Assembly: GCA_965214935.1 (NCBI GenBank)
Contig: CBDCCS010000004.1
Span: 32,001 to 96,000, forward strand
DNA length: 64,000 nt
Reading direction: 5' to 3'
Origin: Candidatus Velthaea sp.
GTDB taxonomy: Bacteria; Vulcanimicrobiota; Vulcanimicrobiia; Vulcanimicrobiales; Vulcanimicrobiaceae
A program made the position numbers and the translations under genes. The notes under the pieces were generated by a model. It saw nothing but the letters and a program-made list of their open reading frames with translations. It was not told the DNA's origin and did not search any database. Shown one piece after another: positions 19,657-29,488 of the stretch (positions within the stretch are counted from its first letter, which is position 1; the number at the start of each line of letters is the position of its first letter).

Positions 19657-19766
19657 CGGCGTATCCCTTCAAAACCAGAGCAAAGACTCCGCTAAAGGTA
19701 CGCTCGCAATGTTAAGTTTTGATTAGCTTTGCGCGCTCCAAAGCGATTTCGTCATCCGGACTGTGC

Positions 19767-21134
19767 CTAGCGCGAGTCGCCGGATGCCGCAGCACTCGCT
19801 GTCTCACGACCGAGCGAGGGAGCGTTACCGCTTACATCTACCCACGCCGAGCCGTCGGGATATTGGAAATCGAGCACCGACTGTGCGCGCAACGCGGAAC
19901 TAAAGCCCGGCTCGCGTGGCGCGACGTAGCGCGCCCGCTCGATCTTCACGGGATGCTCGAAGTGCTCGTGCAAGTGGTCGACGAATTCGAGAACGCGATT
20001 ATCGAGACTCGCACCGACGGCGATGTAATCAAAGATCGCGAGGTGCTGCACGAGCTCGCACAAGCCGACGCCACCCGCATGCGGGCAGACCGGAACGCCG
20101 AACTTGGCCGCGAGCAGCATCGTTGCGATCGTATCGTTGACGCCGCCGGAGCGAACCGCATCGATCTGACAAAATCCGATTGCATCCGCTTGGAGCAGTT
20201 GCTTGAACGTTACCCGATTCGCGGCGTGTTCGCCGGTCGCAAGCGCGACCGGAGCGACGGCGCGGGCGATAGCGGCATGCGCGAGAATATCGTCCGGACT
20301 TGTCGGCTCTTCGACCCAAAATAGATCGAATTCGGCAAGTTCCCGGATCGCTGCGATGGCTGTCGCGCGATCCCAGGTCTGATTCGCATCGACCATCAAG
20401 CGCAAGCCGGGACCCATCTCGCTGCGCGCCAGCCGGCACCGCCGGACGTCATCTGCAAGATCTTTACCGACTTTGAGTTTAATGTGGGTGAAGCCGTCGG
20501 CCACAGCAGTGCGAATGCGCGAGCGAATTTTGTCATCATCGTAGCCGAGCCAGCCGGCCGATGTCGTGTATGCCGGAAAGCCGTCGCGACGCATTTCATT
20601 GAGGCGCTCAGCCCGCGTAGCGACATTGCCGTTGAGAATGGCAAGCGCATCCTGCGGCGTCAGTGCATCGCTTAAATAGCGGAAGTCGACGAGCTCGATG
20701 ATTTGCTCGGGTGACATTCCGGCAAGTAATTGCCACAGCGGAACGTCGGCGCGTTTGGCCGCGAGGTCCCAAGCGGCGTTCACGACCGCCGCGATCGCCA
20801 TCTGCATCACGCCTTTCTCCGGGCCTAACCAACGCAATTGACTATCGTGCGTCAACTGCTTGAAAAAGGCGCCCATATCGTCGCAAACATCGCTGACGTA
20901 GCGCCCCACGACGTATGGCACCAGTGCGCGAATGCCGGCGACTTGCACGTCGTTGCCGCGCCCGATCGTGAAGGCAAAGCCGTGGCCGGCAACGCCGCTC
21001 GGGTCGTCCGTGCGTAAGATAACATATGCCGCTGAATAGTCAGGATCCGGATTCATCGCATCCGAGCCGTCGTGCTCGCGCGACGTCGGGAATCGGACGT
21101 CGTATGTCTCAACGGAAGTAAAACGCGCGTTCAC
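19767..21134 (-). CDS. L-fuconate dehydratase (enolase superfamily, ENOSF1-like)
   Basis: DVRFPTS...[44 protein letters not shown]. Confidence 0.92.
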   Translation of the reverse strand: MNARFTSVETYDVRFPTSREHDGSDAMNPDPDYSAAYVILRTDDPSGVAGHGFAFTIGRGNDVQVAGIRALVPYVVGRYVSDVCDDMGAFFKQLTHDSQLRWLGPEKGVMQMAIAAVVNAAWDLAAKRADVPLWQLLAGMSPEQIIELVDFRYLSDALTPQDALAILNGNVATRAERLNEMRRDGFPAYTTSAGWLGYDDDKIRSRIRTAVADGFTHIKLKVGKDLADDVRRCRLARSEMGPGLRLMVDANQTWDRATAIAAIRELAEFDLFWVEEPTSPDDILAHAAIARAVAPVALATGEHAANRVTFKQLLQADAIGFCQIDAVRSGGVNDTIATMLLAAKFGVPVCPHAGGVGLCELVQHLAIFDYIAVGASLDNRVLEFVDHLHEHFEHPVKIERARYVAPREPGFSSALRAQSVLDFQYPDGSAWVDVSGNAPSLGRETASAAASGDSR

Positions 21135-21286
21135 TCGGCGACCTCACAGATGCGTGATTGGGCAGATCTTATCGGCGCGAAGTATGAGTCCTCGGGCGGC
21201 AGCGCATTGCATGCCGCAGCGCATCGGCGCAAACAACGCGGCCAAGGATAACGAGTGCGCCGGCGCGAACGGCGTTCGGTCGTCGT

Positions 21287-21359
21287 GGGGGCATAGCTCA
21301 GTTGGTAGAGCATCTGCATGGCATGCAGAGGGTCTGCGGTTCGAATCCGCATGCCTCCA
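21287..21359 (+). tRNA. tRNA-Ala(GGC)
   Basis: GGGGGCA/TGCCTCC acceptor with G3:U70; TCTGC-ATGGCAT-GCAGA anticodon arm. Confidence 0.96.
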
Positions 21360-21366
21360 GTTTACG

Positions 21367-21394
21367 AAAAGAGCGCCGGAGCGCTCTTTTTTTT
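21367..21394 (+). terminator. Intrinsic terminator after tRNA-Ala (possibly bidirectional)
   Basis: aaaagagcgc-cgga-gcgctctttt followed by tttt. Confidence 0.85.
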
Positions 21395-21617
21395 ATCGGC
21401 TCGGCCGGCGCGTTCGCGGTACAAGCGCGTTTCGCAGCGTAGAGCTCAGCTTCGATCAGCTACGTTGATCGAGGCTTAACGGCGCAGGTTCGCATGCCCG
21501 AAATGCCGACGCGAGTCAACGATCTACGAGCATGTTAATAGCATCGCGGAATCGATCGACACGCAAAGCCGAGCACGTCGAACGATTTACGGAGCGCAAG
21601 AAACGTGCTGCGGATCC

Positions 21618-23367
21618 TCAGCAGTTCTCGGCCATCCACTGCTCGAGCGTTTCGATCGCACGCTGGTAGCCTTCGATCTCGGTCTGTTGTCGCCAGCGCC
21701 AATCGTCGATGTCACCGGTTTTTCGGGCTTCGAGACAGCGCGCTTCGTGCGCCTCTTCATGCGCTTTGAAGGCGTTGTAAAAAATCGGCGGCCAACCATT
21801 CTCGGCGACTTGCTCGGGCGTCGGAAAATGCGGCTTACAGTTGACGAAATCCGTGTAACCGCCTTGCTTGAAACCGCCGCTGCCGCCGACGCCGTCGCGG
21901 CCGGCTTTTTCACGAACGGCATCTTGAAATTGCTGACCCGACCAATTATGGGCCGCGGCTTCCTTTTCCAGTTCCGGATCTTTGTAGCGCTGCTCGTACA
22001 AATACTCGAAGTTGCGCTGTTCGCGTACGCGGTCGCAGTCTTTGTTCTTGTCGCCCGCCGCGGGCTTGCCGGATTGCGCAAGCGGCTGCAGCGCGCCGTC
22101 GACCGGCGTTCCCATTGCGGCGCTCGGGTTGAAGCCGGAGCCGTCCGGTCCGAGCCCCAACAAGTTTAATGCGGCGACACGCGTTCCATTGCAGCCGCCG
22201 AACGACTTGCACAGCGCACCGGCAACGACACCCGCGAAGAACGTCTGCAAGTCGGCTTTTTCGGCCGGCGCGATCGTCCGAGCGTTCATCAACGACTGCG
22301 CCGTCCGCGCGACGCTGTCGATCGAACGCACCTGCGCATCGGAAGACATTAATGGGGACGGCACGACCGTCGCTGTTCCAAGTGCAACCCGCGATGTAAG
22401 TGGTCCAAAATCGGCGACCGACGTCGTGCGCGACAACGTCATTCGTGCCCTGCTCGCAGCAACGTAGCGTAGGTCGAGTTGCGATCCGCGGTTGTCGGCA
22501 ATTCGCACGACGCGGCCCGCGGAGTCGCGCATCACGCTGTACGCCGGCGGAACGAACAGTTGGATCGTCGTCGTTGCATAGCTCTGCGGTAGGAAGCGGA
22601 CGAAAAAACCGCGCGGGTCGTACGACCAGCGCTTGCGCCCGGCGTCCGCTTTCGTTGCTACCGCCGGTACCGCCAAAGCCGCGAGCTGTTGGTAGGAGCT
22701 GTTGCCGTGCGTCAGAAGGTCTCGCACTTGGCTTTCGGTCGCAAGCACGTCGCGCACGGGTGCCGGTAAAGCGGCGCCCGACCGGGCCAGAAAATCGGCA
22801 ATCGAACCGAGCGCGCCGCCATTGAGCTGCCCGATCTCTTGCGCGGTCAAGAGCGCATCCGCTACGCTTTTCAAACGATCGGGAAGCGCGGAGATTTTTG
22901 TTTGCGAGGTGATCGCCCACAAGAGCGATTGCACGTCGCCCTGAGCGATCGACGGTTGCGCGTGCCAGCGCGTCAGCACGCTGCCGACATACGACAGCGC
23001 GCGAACCGCTCAGCGCGCCGACCCGATACGCGCTCGACCCGGAAGGTCCATGGCCGCCGGCGCGCAGACAGAAACTCTGGTCGATCAGCTCGAAGGCGCC
23101 CGGGTAGAGCGTGAAGGTGCCGTCGGCGGCGTGCGGCAGATCCGTCAGCGCCGCGAAGCGTCCGGGCTCGAAATGATCGAGTTCCGGGATTTCGCGCAGC
23201 TTTTCGGCAGGCTGCACGACGATCGACGCGGGCGGTGCTTTCGCGAGCGGCGGGAGCGGAACGGTCGATGGAATCTGCGGCACATTCGGCAGATGCGGAA
23301 TGTCCGGCAAATGCGGCAGCGAGAGTTGCCCAAGCAATACTACGGTCAGGACGAAGAAAGCTACCAC
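21618..23367 (-). pseudogene. Frameshifted secreted protein with a C-terminal HExxH metallopeptidase-like domain
   Basis: The 5' part (GTG 23367, RBS aaggaa, hydrophobic N-terminus) is protein-like up to GSRA at about 22995 and then degenerates. Another frame (SYVGSVLTRWHAQ...) is protein-like from there to 21618. A one-base shift joins them. Confidence 0.7.
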
Positions 23368-23534
23368 GCCGGATTTTCCTTCCGTCGATACGTCGTGGAG
23401 CCCAGCGTACCAGCCGCGCGTGCTGCGCGCGTGCTGCGCGGCCGGACCGTTGACGGAAGTTCCGCATTTGGTAGCCCGAATTGCCGTTCGGGCCGTTAAA
23501 GCCGGCGAAAAAACCGGCGGCGGCGGCGTTCGAG

Positions 23535-23568
23535 CGACACAAGGGTGCCCATGGGCACCCTTGTGTCG
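23535..23568. terminator. Perfect 34-bp palindrome right after the ABC binding-protein gene (terminator or stabiliser)
   Basis: cgacacaagggtgcccatgggcacccttgtgtcg is its own reverse complement. Confidence 0.7.
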
Positions 23569-23572
23569 TGTT

Positions 23573-24535
23573 TTACTTCGAGAGCGTAAAGGGCGCGGTG
23601 TAGTGCGAAAGATTCGTCTTCGTGATGAGCTCGCAATCGAATAACTGCTTTTCCGTCGCTGCGCCGGTCTTACCGGTTTTGAGGAAGAAGTCGGCTTCCA
23701 TCACGGCTTTTTGTGAAAAAACCGCGACCGGTTGCAGCACCGTGTATTGCAAGTCGCCGGCCTTGATTGCCGCAACGGCGTCGGGCGAGCCGTCGAAGCC
23801 GCCGACTTTCACACTTGCGAGTTTGCCGGCCGTCTTTAATGCAGCGATTGCACCAAGTGCCATCTCGTCGTTGCCGCTGATGACGCCGACGATGTTGGGA
23901 TGCGCTTGCAGCATGCTTTGCATCTTATCGTGGCCTTGCGTGCGGTTCCAATTCGCCACTTGCGAATCGGCTTTGCTCAACCCGTCGATTTGACTGAGCA
24001 CGGTTTGATAACCGTTCGAGCGCGTAGCGGCATTGTTGTCCGACGGTGCGCCGAGCAGTTCGGCGTAGCTGCCTTTTTGGCCGACGTCTTTAACCCACTG
24101 CTGCGCGCCCAACGCCGCGCCTTGCGCGTTGTTCGACACGAGTTGCGCTTTGGCTAAGCCTTCCTGATTGATTTCCGCGTTGACGAGAAACACCGGGATC
24201 TTGGCCGCAATCGCCTTTTTCACTGCACCGATCGAACCGCTGGCATCGGCGGGATCGAGAATGATTGCGACCGACTTATTGGTGATCGCGGTATCGATCA
24301 AGTTGCTTTCGGTGTTCGTGTCGCCCTTGGATGCTCCGACGTTCGCGGTATAGCCGAGTTTTTTCGCAGTGGCCGCCGCGACTTTTCCTTCGGTCAGCCA
24401 GTATGGATTCGACGGGTCGTTCACGATGATCGATACTAAACCGCCCGCTGCGGGCGCCGGCGCGCCGCTTCCGGCGATCAGCGAAGCGCCCAGCGCGACG
24501 GCGGCAAACGTCGAAATAACGGTCTTCTTAAACAT
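23573..24535 (-). CDS. Sugar/polyol ABC transporter substrate-binding protein (RbsB-like)
   Basis: Signal peptide; NDPSNPYW, NDEMALGAI, GGFDGSPDA. Confidence 0.9.
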   Translation of the reverse strand: MFKKTVISTFAAVALGASLIAGSGAPAPAAGGLVSIIVNDPSNPYWLTEGKVAAATAKKLGYTANVGASKGDTNTESNLIDTAITNKSVAIILDPADASGSIGAVKKAIAAKIPVFLVNAEINQEGLAKAQLVSNNAQGAALGAQQWVKDVGQKGSYAELLGAPSDNNAATRSNGYQTVLSQIDGLSKADSQVANWNRTQGHDKMQSMLQAHPNIVGVISGNDEMALGAIAALKTAGKLASVKVGGFDGSPDAVAAIKAGDLQYTVLQPVAVFSQKAVMEADFFLKTGKTGAATEKQLFDCELITKTNLSHYTAPFTLSK

Positions 24536-24567
24536 AACAAATCTCCTAAATTAGCGGTATCACGAAT

Positions 24568-25698
24568 TTAACCGGCAGTCTTTTCGCGAGCGGGATTGGC
24601 GGTTAAGCCGATCCCTCCTCGCTTCGGCAATTCCGTCGGGCCGGCACTCGAGCCCGGTGCCTTGACGCGACGCCGATATTGCACGGCATTGAGCAGTACG
24701 GCAAGCACGATCACGGCACCGGTAAAAACGGTCTGCCAATACGATGAAATGCCGATAATAACCAGTCCGTCCGACAAGAAGCCGATCACGAACGCGCCGA
24801 GCAGCGTGCCGCGAATCGTGCCGCGACCGCCCGTTAGCGCAGCGCCGCCGATTACGACAGCGGCGATCGCGGTCAGTTCGTACGAGGTGCCGGCGGTCGG
24901 TCCCGCCGATGTGAGTTGCGATGATAGGATGAGACCGGCTGCCGCAGCGCAGATACCGGAGAGCATATACACCGATAGCTGCACGGTTTTCACCGGCACG
25001 CCCGAGAGTTCGGCCGCTCGCGAATTGCCGCCCGACGCATACAGCCAGCGTCCAAACGCCGTCCGGCTCAAGGCAAGAACGCCGATGACGGCAATGACCG
25101 CCATGACGACGACGCCGATCGGCACGCCGAGGATGCGGTTGAATCCAAGCCAGTCGAATCCGGTATTGCCGAGTTCGGGCCGTCCGCCGAGGCTATTATA
25201 GGTGAGCCCGTTGGTAATCAGCAACGCAACGCCGCGCACCATATACATGACGCCCAGCGTGGCGACAAACGCCGGCACCTTCAAGCGCGCAATCAAAACG
25301 CCGTTGATGGCACCGATGAGTGCGCCGAGCGCGCACGTTACGACCGCTACAACCCAGACCGGCGGATACAAGATCACGCCGAGCGCCCCGAGCGTTACGC
25401 CCTGCATGAGGAAACCGGCAATGACGCCGGCGAGCCCGAGCGTCGATCCGACCGACAGATCGATGCCGCCGTTGAGAATGACGAGCAGCATGCCGATTGC
25501 AAGAATCGCAAACAGCGCAACATGCGAGGCCATCACGAGCAGATTGCCGACGGTAAAATAGTAGGGCGACAGTATCGAAAAAACGATGACGATGGCGATG
25601 AGCGCGAAGAACGCCCGCCCTTCGAGCAGCAACCGGCCGAGTTCAAAGCCATTGCTAAAGAGCCCGGAGGCAGAGCGCTTGCGGCCGGCGTCGATCAT
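24568..25698 (-). CDS. Sugar ABC transporter permease (RbsC-like)
   Basis: GGIDLSVGS, YELTAIAAVVIGGAALTGGRG. Confidence 0.92.
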   Translation of the reverse strand: MIDAGRKRSASGLFSNGFELGRLLLEGRAFFALIAIVIVFSILSPYYFTVGNLLVMASHVALFAILAIGMLLVILNGGIDLSVGSTLGLAGVIAGFLMQGVTLGALGVILYPPVWVVAVVTCALGALIGAINGVLIARLKVPAFVATLGVMYMVRGVALLITNGLTYNSLGGRPELGNTGFDWLGFNRILGVPIGVVVMAVIAVIGVLALSRTAFGRWLYASGGNSRAAELSGVPVKTVQLSVYMLSGICAAAAGLILSSQLTSAGPTAGTSYELTAIAAVVIGGAALTGGRGTIRGTLLGAFVIGFLSDGLVIIGISSYWQTVFTGAVIVLAVLLNAVQYRRRVKAPGSSAGPTELPKRGGIGLTANPAREKTAG

Positions 25699-25722
25699 CG
25701 TTGAAGCTCCACTTCGAGGTGA

Positions 25723-27264
25723 CTAAGCAATGACGGCTTCGCCCGAGGCTGCCATGATCTTCTCCTTCGTAACGTCGGCGCCGAATTGCGCTGCGATCCG
25801 GCCGCGCCGCATGACGACAACCCGATGCGCGATACTCAAGCACTCGCCGAGTTCTGAGGTTGAAAACAGCACGGCAAGCCCGCGTGCGGCTCCTTCGCTG
25901 AGCAGACGAAAGACTTCGGCTTTCGCCCCGACGTCGATGCCGCGACTCGGCTCGTCGAGGAGGATGACGCGCGGGTTCGTCATCAGCATCTTCCCGATGA
26001 CGACCTTTTGCTGATTGCCGCCCGAAAGCGAGCCGATCGGCGCGCCGCCGCCCGCCGTTTTAACGTGTACGTTGCGGATCGACTCATCGACCATCGAACG
26101 CTCGCGCGGACCGGACAATAACCCGAAGCGAGCAAAAGCATTGATACTCGGCAACGAAAGATTGCCGCCGACCGTCATCGTTTGCACGAGCCCATCGCGT
26201 TGACGGTCTTCAGGGACTAGAACAAGGCCGCTCGCGATCCGATCGGCGATCCCCAAGCGCGAGACATCACGGCCCTCGAGCAGCACCCGGCCACCCGCCG
26301 GCGGCACGCGGCCCGCAACGCATTCGAGCAGCTCCGTGCGTCCCGCGCCCATCAATCCGTAGATGCATACGATCTCGCCCGCCCGGACGTCGAGCGACAA
26401 GCGATCGACCACCGCGACGTCGGCATTTGCAACGTCGGCCACCGAAATATCCTCGATCGACAAGGCGACGTCACCGAAGGGGTAACCGCCCGGCGGCGAA
26501 CCGAGATTGAAGTTTTCACCGACCATATTGCGCACGATCCACTCGAGGTCGATGTCTTTTGCTTCGGCCGTCGCAGTGATCGAACCATCGCGCAACACAA
26601 CGGCATAATCGGTGATCTGCAACGCTTCTTCGAGATGATGCGAGATGTAGACGATCGAGACACCGCGCCGCGTTAAGTCGCGAATAACTTTGAAGAGCAC
26701 TTCGACTTCGGTCGCACTGAGCGCCGATGTCGGCTCGTCCATAATGAGAATGCGTGAGTTTACCGACAACGCCCGCGCAATTTCGACGATCTGCTGCTGA
26801 CCTAAGCGCAGATCTTCGACGAGCGTCTGCGGTTCGATCTGTTCTTCTAACTCCGTCATCAGCGTCCGGACTTGACGCGCTTGTTCGGCAAAGTTGATGC
26901 CGGTCGGCGATTGCAACTCACGGCCCATGAAAACGTTGTCGCTCACATTGAGGTTCGGCGCCAGACTCAGTTCCTGATGGATGATCGAGATGCCGCGATC
27001 GCGGGCGTCGGACGCCGAAGCGAAACGAACGACTTGTCCATCGAGCTCGATCGTGCCCGACGTCGGCGTTTCAACGCCGGAAAAGATCTTCATCAAGGTC
27101 GATTTGCCGGCGCCGTTCTCACCGAAAAGCGTCGTTACGCAGCCGCGCCGGATGTCGAACCGTACGCCTTTGAGTGCGTGCGTATTGCCGTACGTTTTGA
27201 CGATGTCGCGTGCCGCAAGCACGATATCGCCGGCGGCCGGATCGTTCAGGGACGTGCCGTTCAC
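25723..27264 (-). CDS. Sugar ABC transporter ATP-binding protein (tandem NBDs)
   Basis: GENGAGKST, LSGGNQQKVV, DEPSRGIDVGAK. Confidence 0.95.
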   Translation of the reverse strand: MNGTSLNDPAAGDIVLAARDIVKTYGNTHALKGVRFDIRRGCVTTLFGENGAGKSTLMKIFSGVETPTSGTIELDGQVVRFASASDARDRGISIIHQELSLAPNLNVSDNVFMGRELQSPTGINFAEQARQVRTLMTELEEQIEPQTLVEDLRLGQQQIVEIARALSVNSRILIMDEPTSALSATEVEVLFKVIRDLTRRGVSIVYISHHLEEALQITDYAVVLRDGSITATAEAKDIDLEWIVRNMVGENFNLGSPPGGYPFGDVALSIEDISVADVANADVAVVDRLSLDVRAGEIVCIYGLMGAGRTELLECVAGRVPPAGGRVLLEGRDVSRLGIADRIASGLVLVPEDRQRDGLVQTMTVGGNLSLPSINAFARFGLLSGPRERSMVDESIRNVHVKTAGGGAPIGSLSGGNQQKVVIGKMLMTNPRVILLDEPSRGIDVGAKAEVFRLLSEGAARGLAVLFSTSELGECLSIAHRVVVMRRGRIAAQFGADVTKEKIMAASGEAVIA

Positions 27265-27914
27265 TTGACCTCGAAATCAACCGGCGTGACGAGCCAGCTG
27301 CCCGGATCGGTCAATTGAAACACGCCGACGACCGACACGTGTTTTCCGCTGAGACTACTCGTGCCGACTTTCGCCAACACGTCTTTCTTGAGCTGCTTGT
27401 TGAGCGCTGCTCCGGCATTCTGATATTCGATCTGATTGGTGAACTGGCCGAAATTTATCGTGCCGGTCGCATCGCGCAAGTCGGTGCCGAGAATTGCCGG
27501 TCCGGTTTGCACTTTGACGCTGATCGTCTTCGGCAGACCCGGCACCGCGATATCGTACGTACCAAAATCGTCTTTGCCGGCGACGCCGGTGAATTTCACA
27601 GGCATCTCCGGACCAGCGCTTGCCGCCGTTCCATATTGCTTTGCCGCTGCCGTCGCGTTACGGGCGATCGCGGCAGCCAACGTGGCGGCGGGCACGGCGC
27701 GCCGATCGATGGCCGACTGCACCTTCGGAAACTCGGCCGCGCCGTATTCGGCCGCCGAAAAGCCGCCGGGTGCAACACTTGTTGATGAACCGATGCGCAC
27801 CACTTTTGTATCGATCGCCATCGCGGCGACGAGTCCGACGGCGATAGCCCAGAGGACGATCGCGCGGACGTTCGTTGCGCGCGGCGCGCTTGCACGACTC
27901 GCTTGTTCCCGCAT
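27261..27914 (-). CDS. DUF2291 family periplasmic/lipoprotein-like protein
   Basis: VQTGPAILGTDLRDATGTINFGQFTNQIEYQNAG signature; first gene of the ABC operon. Confidence 0.85.
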   Translation of the reverse strand: MREQASRASAPRATNVRAIVLWAIAVGLVAAMAIDTKVVRIGSSTSVAPGGFSAAEYGAAEFPKVQSAIDRRAVPAATLAAAIARNATAAAKQYGTAASAGPEMPVKFTGVAGKDDFGTYDIAVPGLPKTISVKVQTGPAILGTDLRDATGTINFGQFTNQIEYQNAGAALNKQLKKDVLAKVGTSSLSGKHVSVVGVFQLTDPGSWLVTPVDFEVK

Positions 27915-28104
27915 CGTCAGCTCGAGACGACCGGGCGGTACATACGAGGAGACGGCCAGAGAAGTGGTGCGGACACACGTACCTCACGACAAAGCGCACG
28001 CCGCAATAGATTTTTCGCCCGAGCGCGCAAGCAGCGACTTCGACAACGGGAAACGGAGCACTGCGTGCGTCCGCACAGCCAACGTTGCGCGCGCGACGCC
28101 GCAG

Positions 28105-28133
28105 TTGCTAGGCGTCAACGTCGATGTTACGAT
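28105..28133 (+). promoter_or_regulatory. Probable sigma70 promoter of rnpB
   Basis: TTGCTA-N17-TACGAT ending 6 nt before the P1 helix. Confidence 0.6.
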
Positions 28134-28139
28134 ACGGGC

Positions 28140-28509
28140 GCGGAGTACGCCGGGTCATCGCAGGCAACGCTTTGTCTGAGGAAAGTCCGGGCTTCATAGG
28201 GCAGGGTGCAGGATAACGTCCTGTCGAGGCGACTCGAAGGAAAGTGCCACAGAAACAAACCGCGTTCGCTCGGTTCGCCGCGCGTAACGTAAGGGTGAAA
28301 TCGTGAGGTAAGAGCTCACGGCGATGTGCGGAGACGCACTCGCGGGTAAACCCCACCTGAAGCAAGATCGCTCGGCATTCGCGTATGCGACAACCGGCCC
28401 GGTTGAACGAGCAACATCGCACCGAGCCGTCCGGTAACGGACGGCCCAGATAGATGATGACCGCCGTGCTGATGTACGGTACAGAATCCGGCTTACAGGC
28501 GTACTCCGC
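28140..28509 (+). ncRNA. rnpB: RNase P RNA (bacterial type A)
   Basis: GAGGAAAGTCCGGGC, GGAAAGTGCCACAGAAA, GGTAAACCCC, ACAGAATCCGGCTTA; P1 gcggagtacgcc/ggcgtactccgc. Confidence 0.97.
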
Positions 28510-28602
28510 ATTCGACGTGCGCGCAACCGCCGGGACGTCAACGGCGTCTTATCGAATAATGCCGCTGCCTCGTTCCGAGGTTCGAGCCGTATGGAGAGCT
28601 AC

Positions 28603-29001
28603 GTGGCCCATTTTAACACAGACCTGACCGTTGAGAACGCATTTAAAGTCCATGCCGGCGCGCGCCGCGTGTTTGCGAAGTTCCATCTCGGCGGTTGTTC
28701 GAATTGCTCGATCAGCGAGACCGAGACGATCGAACAAGTTAGCGAAGGCTACGGTATCCCGCTCGACATGCTCATGGCCGAGCTCGAGAAGCTGTTCGAC
28801 CAGCCTGCGCTCGAAATCGGTGACGCGGTCCGGCTGCCCGATGAGATTCGATCGAAGATTCCGCAGCTCGCGACGGTCCCCGAGATCGGCCGCGTAACGG
28901 AGCTCACCGCCGGTGCTTATGTCGTTGAGTTCGGCGATGTCCGGCTGCAAGGCTTAGCCGAAGATTTCATCAAGGCCGAAGCGGTAACCGCTCCCGCCTA
29001 A
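28603..29001 (+). CDS. DUF1858-like (hybrid-cluster-associated redox disulfide) domain protein
   Basis: VFAKFHLGGCSNCSISETETIEQVSEGYGI; GTG after a ggag RBS. Confidence 0.7.
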   Translation: MAHFNTDLTVENAFKVHAGARRVFAKFHLGGCSNCSISETETIEQVSEGYGIPLDMLMAELEKLFDQPALEIGDAVRLPDEIRSKIPQLATVPEIGRVTELTAGAYVVEFGDVRLQGLAEDFIKAEAVTAPA

Positions 29002-29100
29002 CAAGCTCCATCCTAACCGACGGCATGTTCTGAGCAAGTGCTGCATGCGTGCGGCACTGCTCGTTCGCGTCGGACGCGCCGATCGCGTCGGGCACGCCGA

Positions 29101-29487
29101 TTATGGTACGTCGAGCGGCTTTCGGCTGCGAAAGCCTTCATCCGTACCATGCCAATGCGCGAGCGTCGTCTCGCCGGCTTTCCAGCAAAGATAGATCGGA
29201 CGGCCCTCGCGTAGCGCGGGAAAATCCAACAGGCCGAGGTCGATATCTTTAACGACGCAGCCGTACGCCTCGATACGGTTGATGAGCCGGACGATTTCGG
29301 CTTTGAGTTCGGTAAAGCGGCGGCCCGAACGCCGGTCGATTGCGCGCTCCGGACGTCCGCCGCGCAACGCCGGATCGATCTCGAGCAGTTTAATTGCAAG
29401 CTCGCGGCGCTTGAGCCACAGTTCTTCGAGAATCGGCTCGAGAACCGGTATGAGGGCGTTGGCATTTTCGGGCGAAAAGAGTTTCAT
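29101..29487 (-). CDS. DUF2203 family protein
   Basis: MKLFSPENANALIP...VKDIDLGLLDFPALREGRPIYLCWKAGE..LAHWH...GF..RKPL. Confidence 0.9.
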   Translation of the reverse strand: MKLFSPENANALIPVLEPILEELWLKRRELAIKLLEIDPALRGGRPERAIDRRSGRRFTELKAEIVRLINRIEAYGCVVKDIDLGLLDFPALREGRPIYLCWKAGETTLAHWHGTDEGFRSRKPLDVP

Positions 29488-29488
29488 A

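Noticed and set aside
21946..22990. C-terminal ~345 aa of the 473-aa minus-strand ORF as a real protein
   Set aside because: Arg/Ala-rich out-of-frame read-through past the frameshift; the overlapping frame is the protein-like one
27903..28541. Short ORFs over 28.1-28.5 kb
   Set aside because: The region is occupied by RNase P RNA and its promoter
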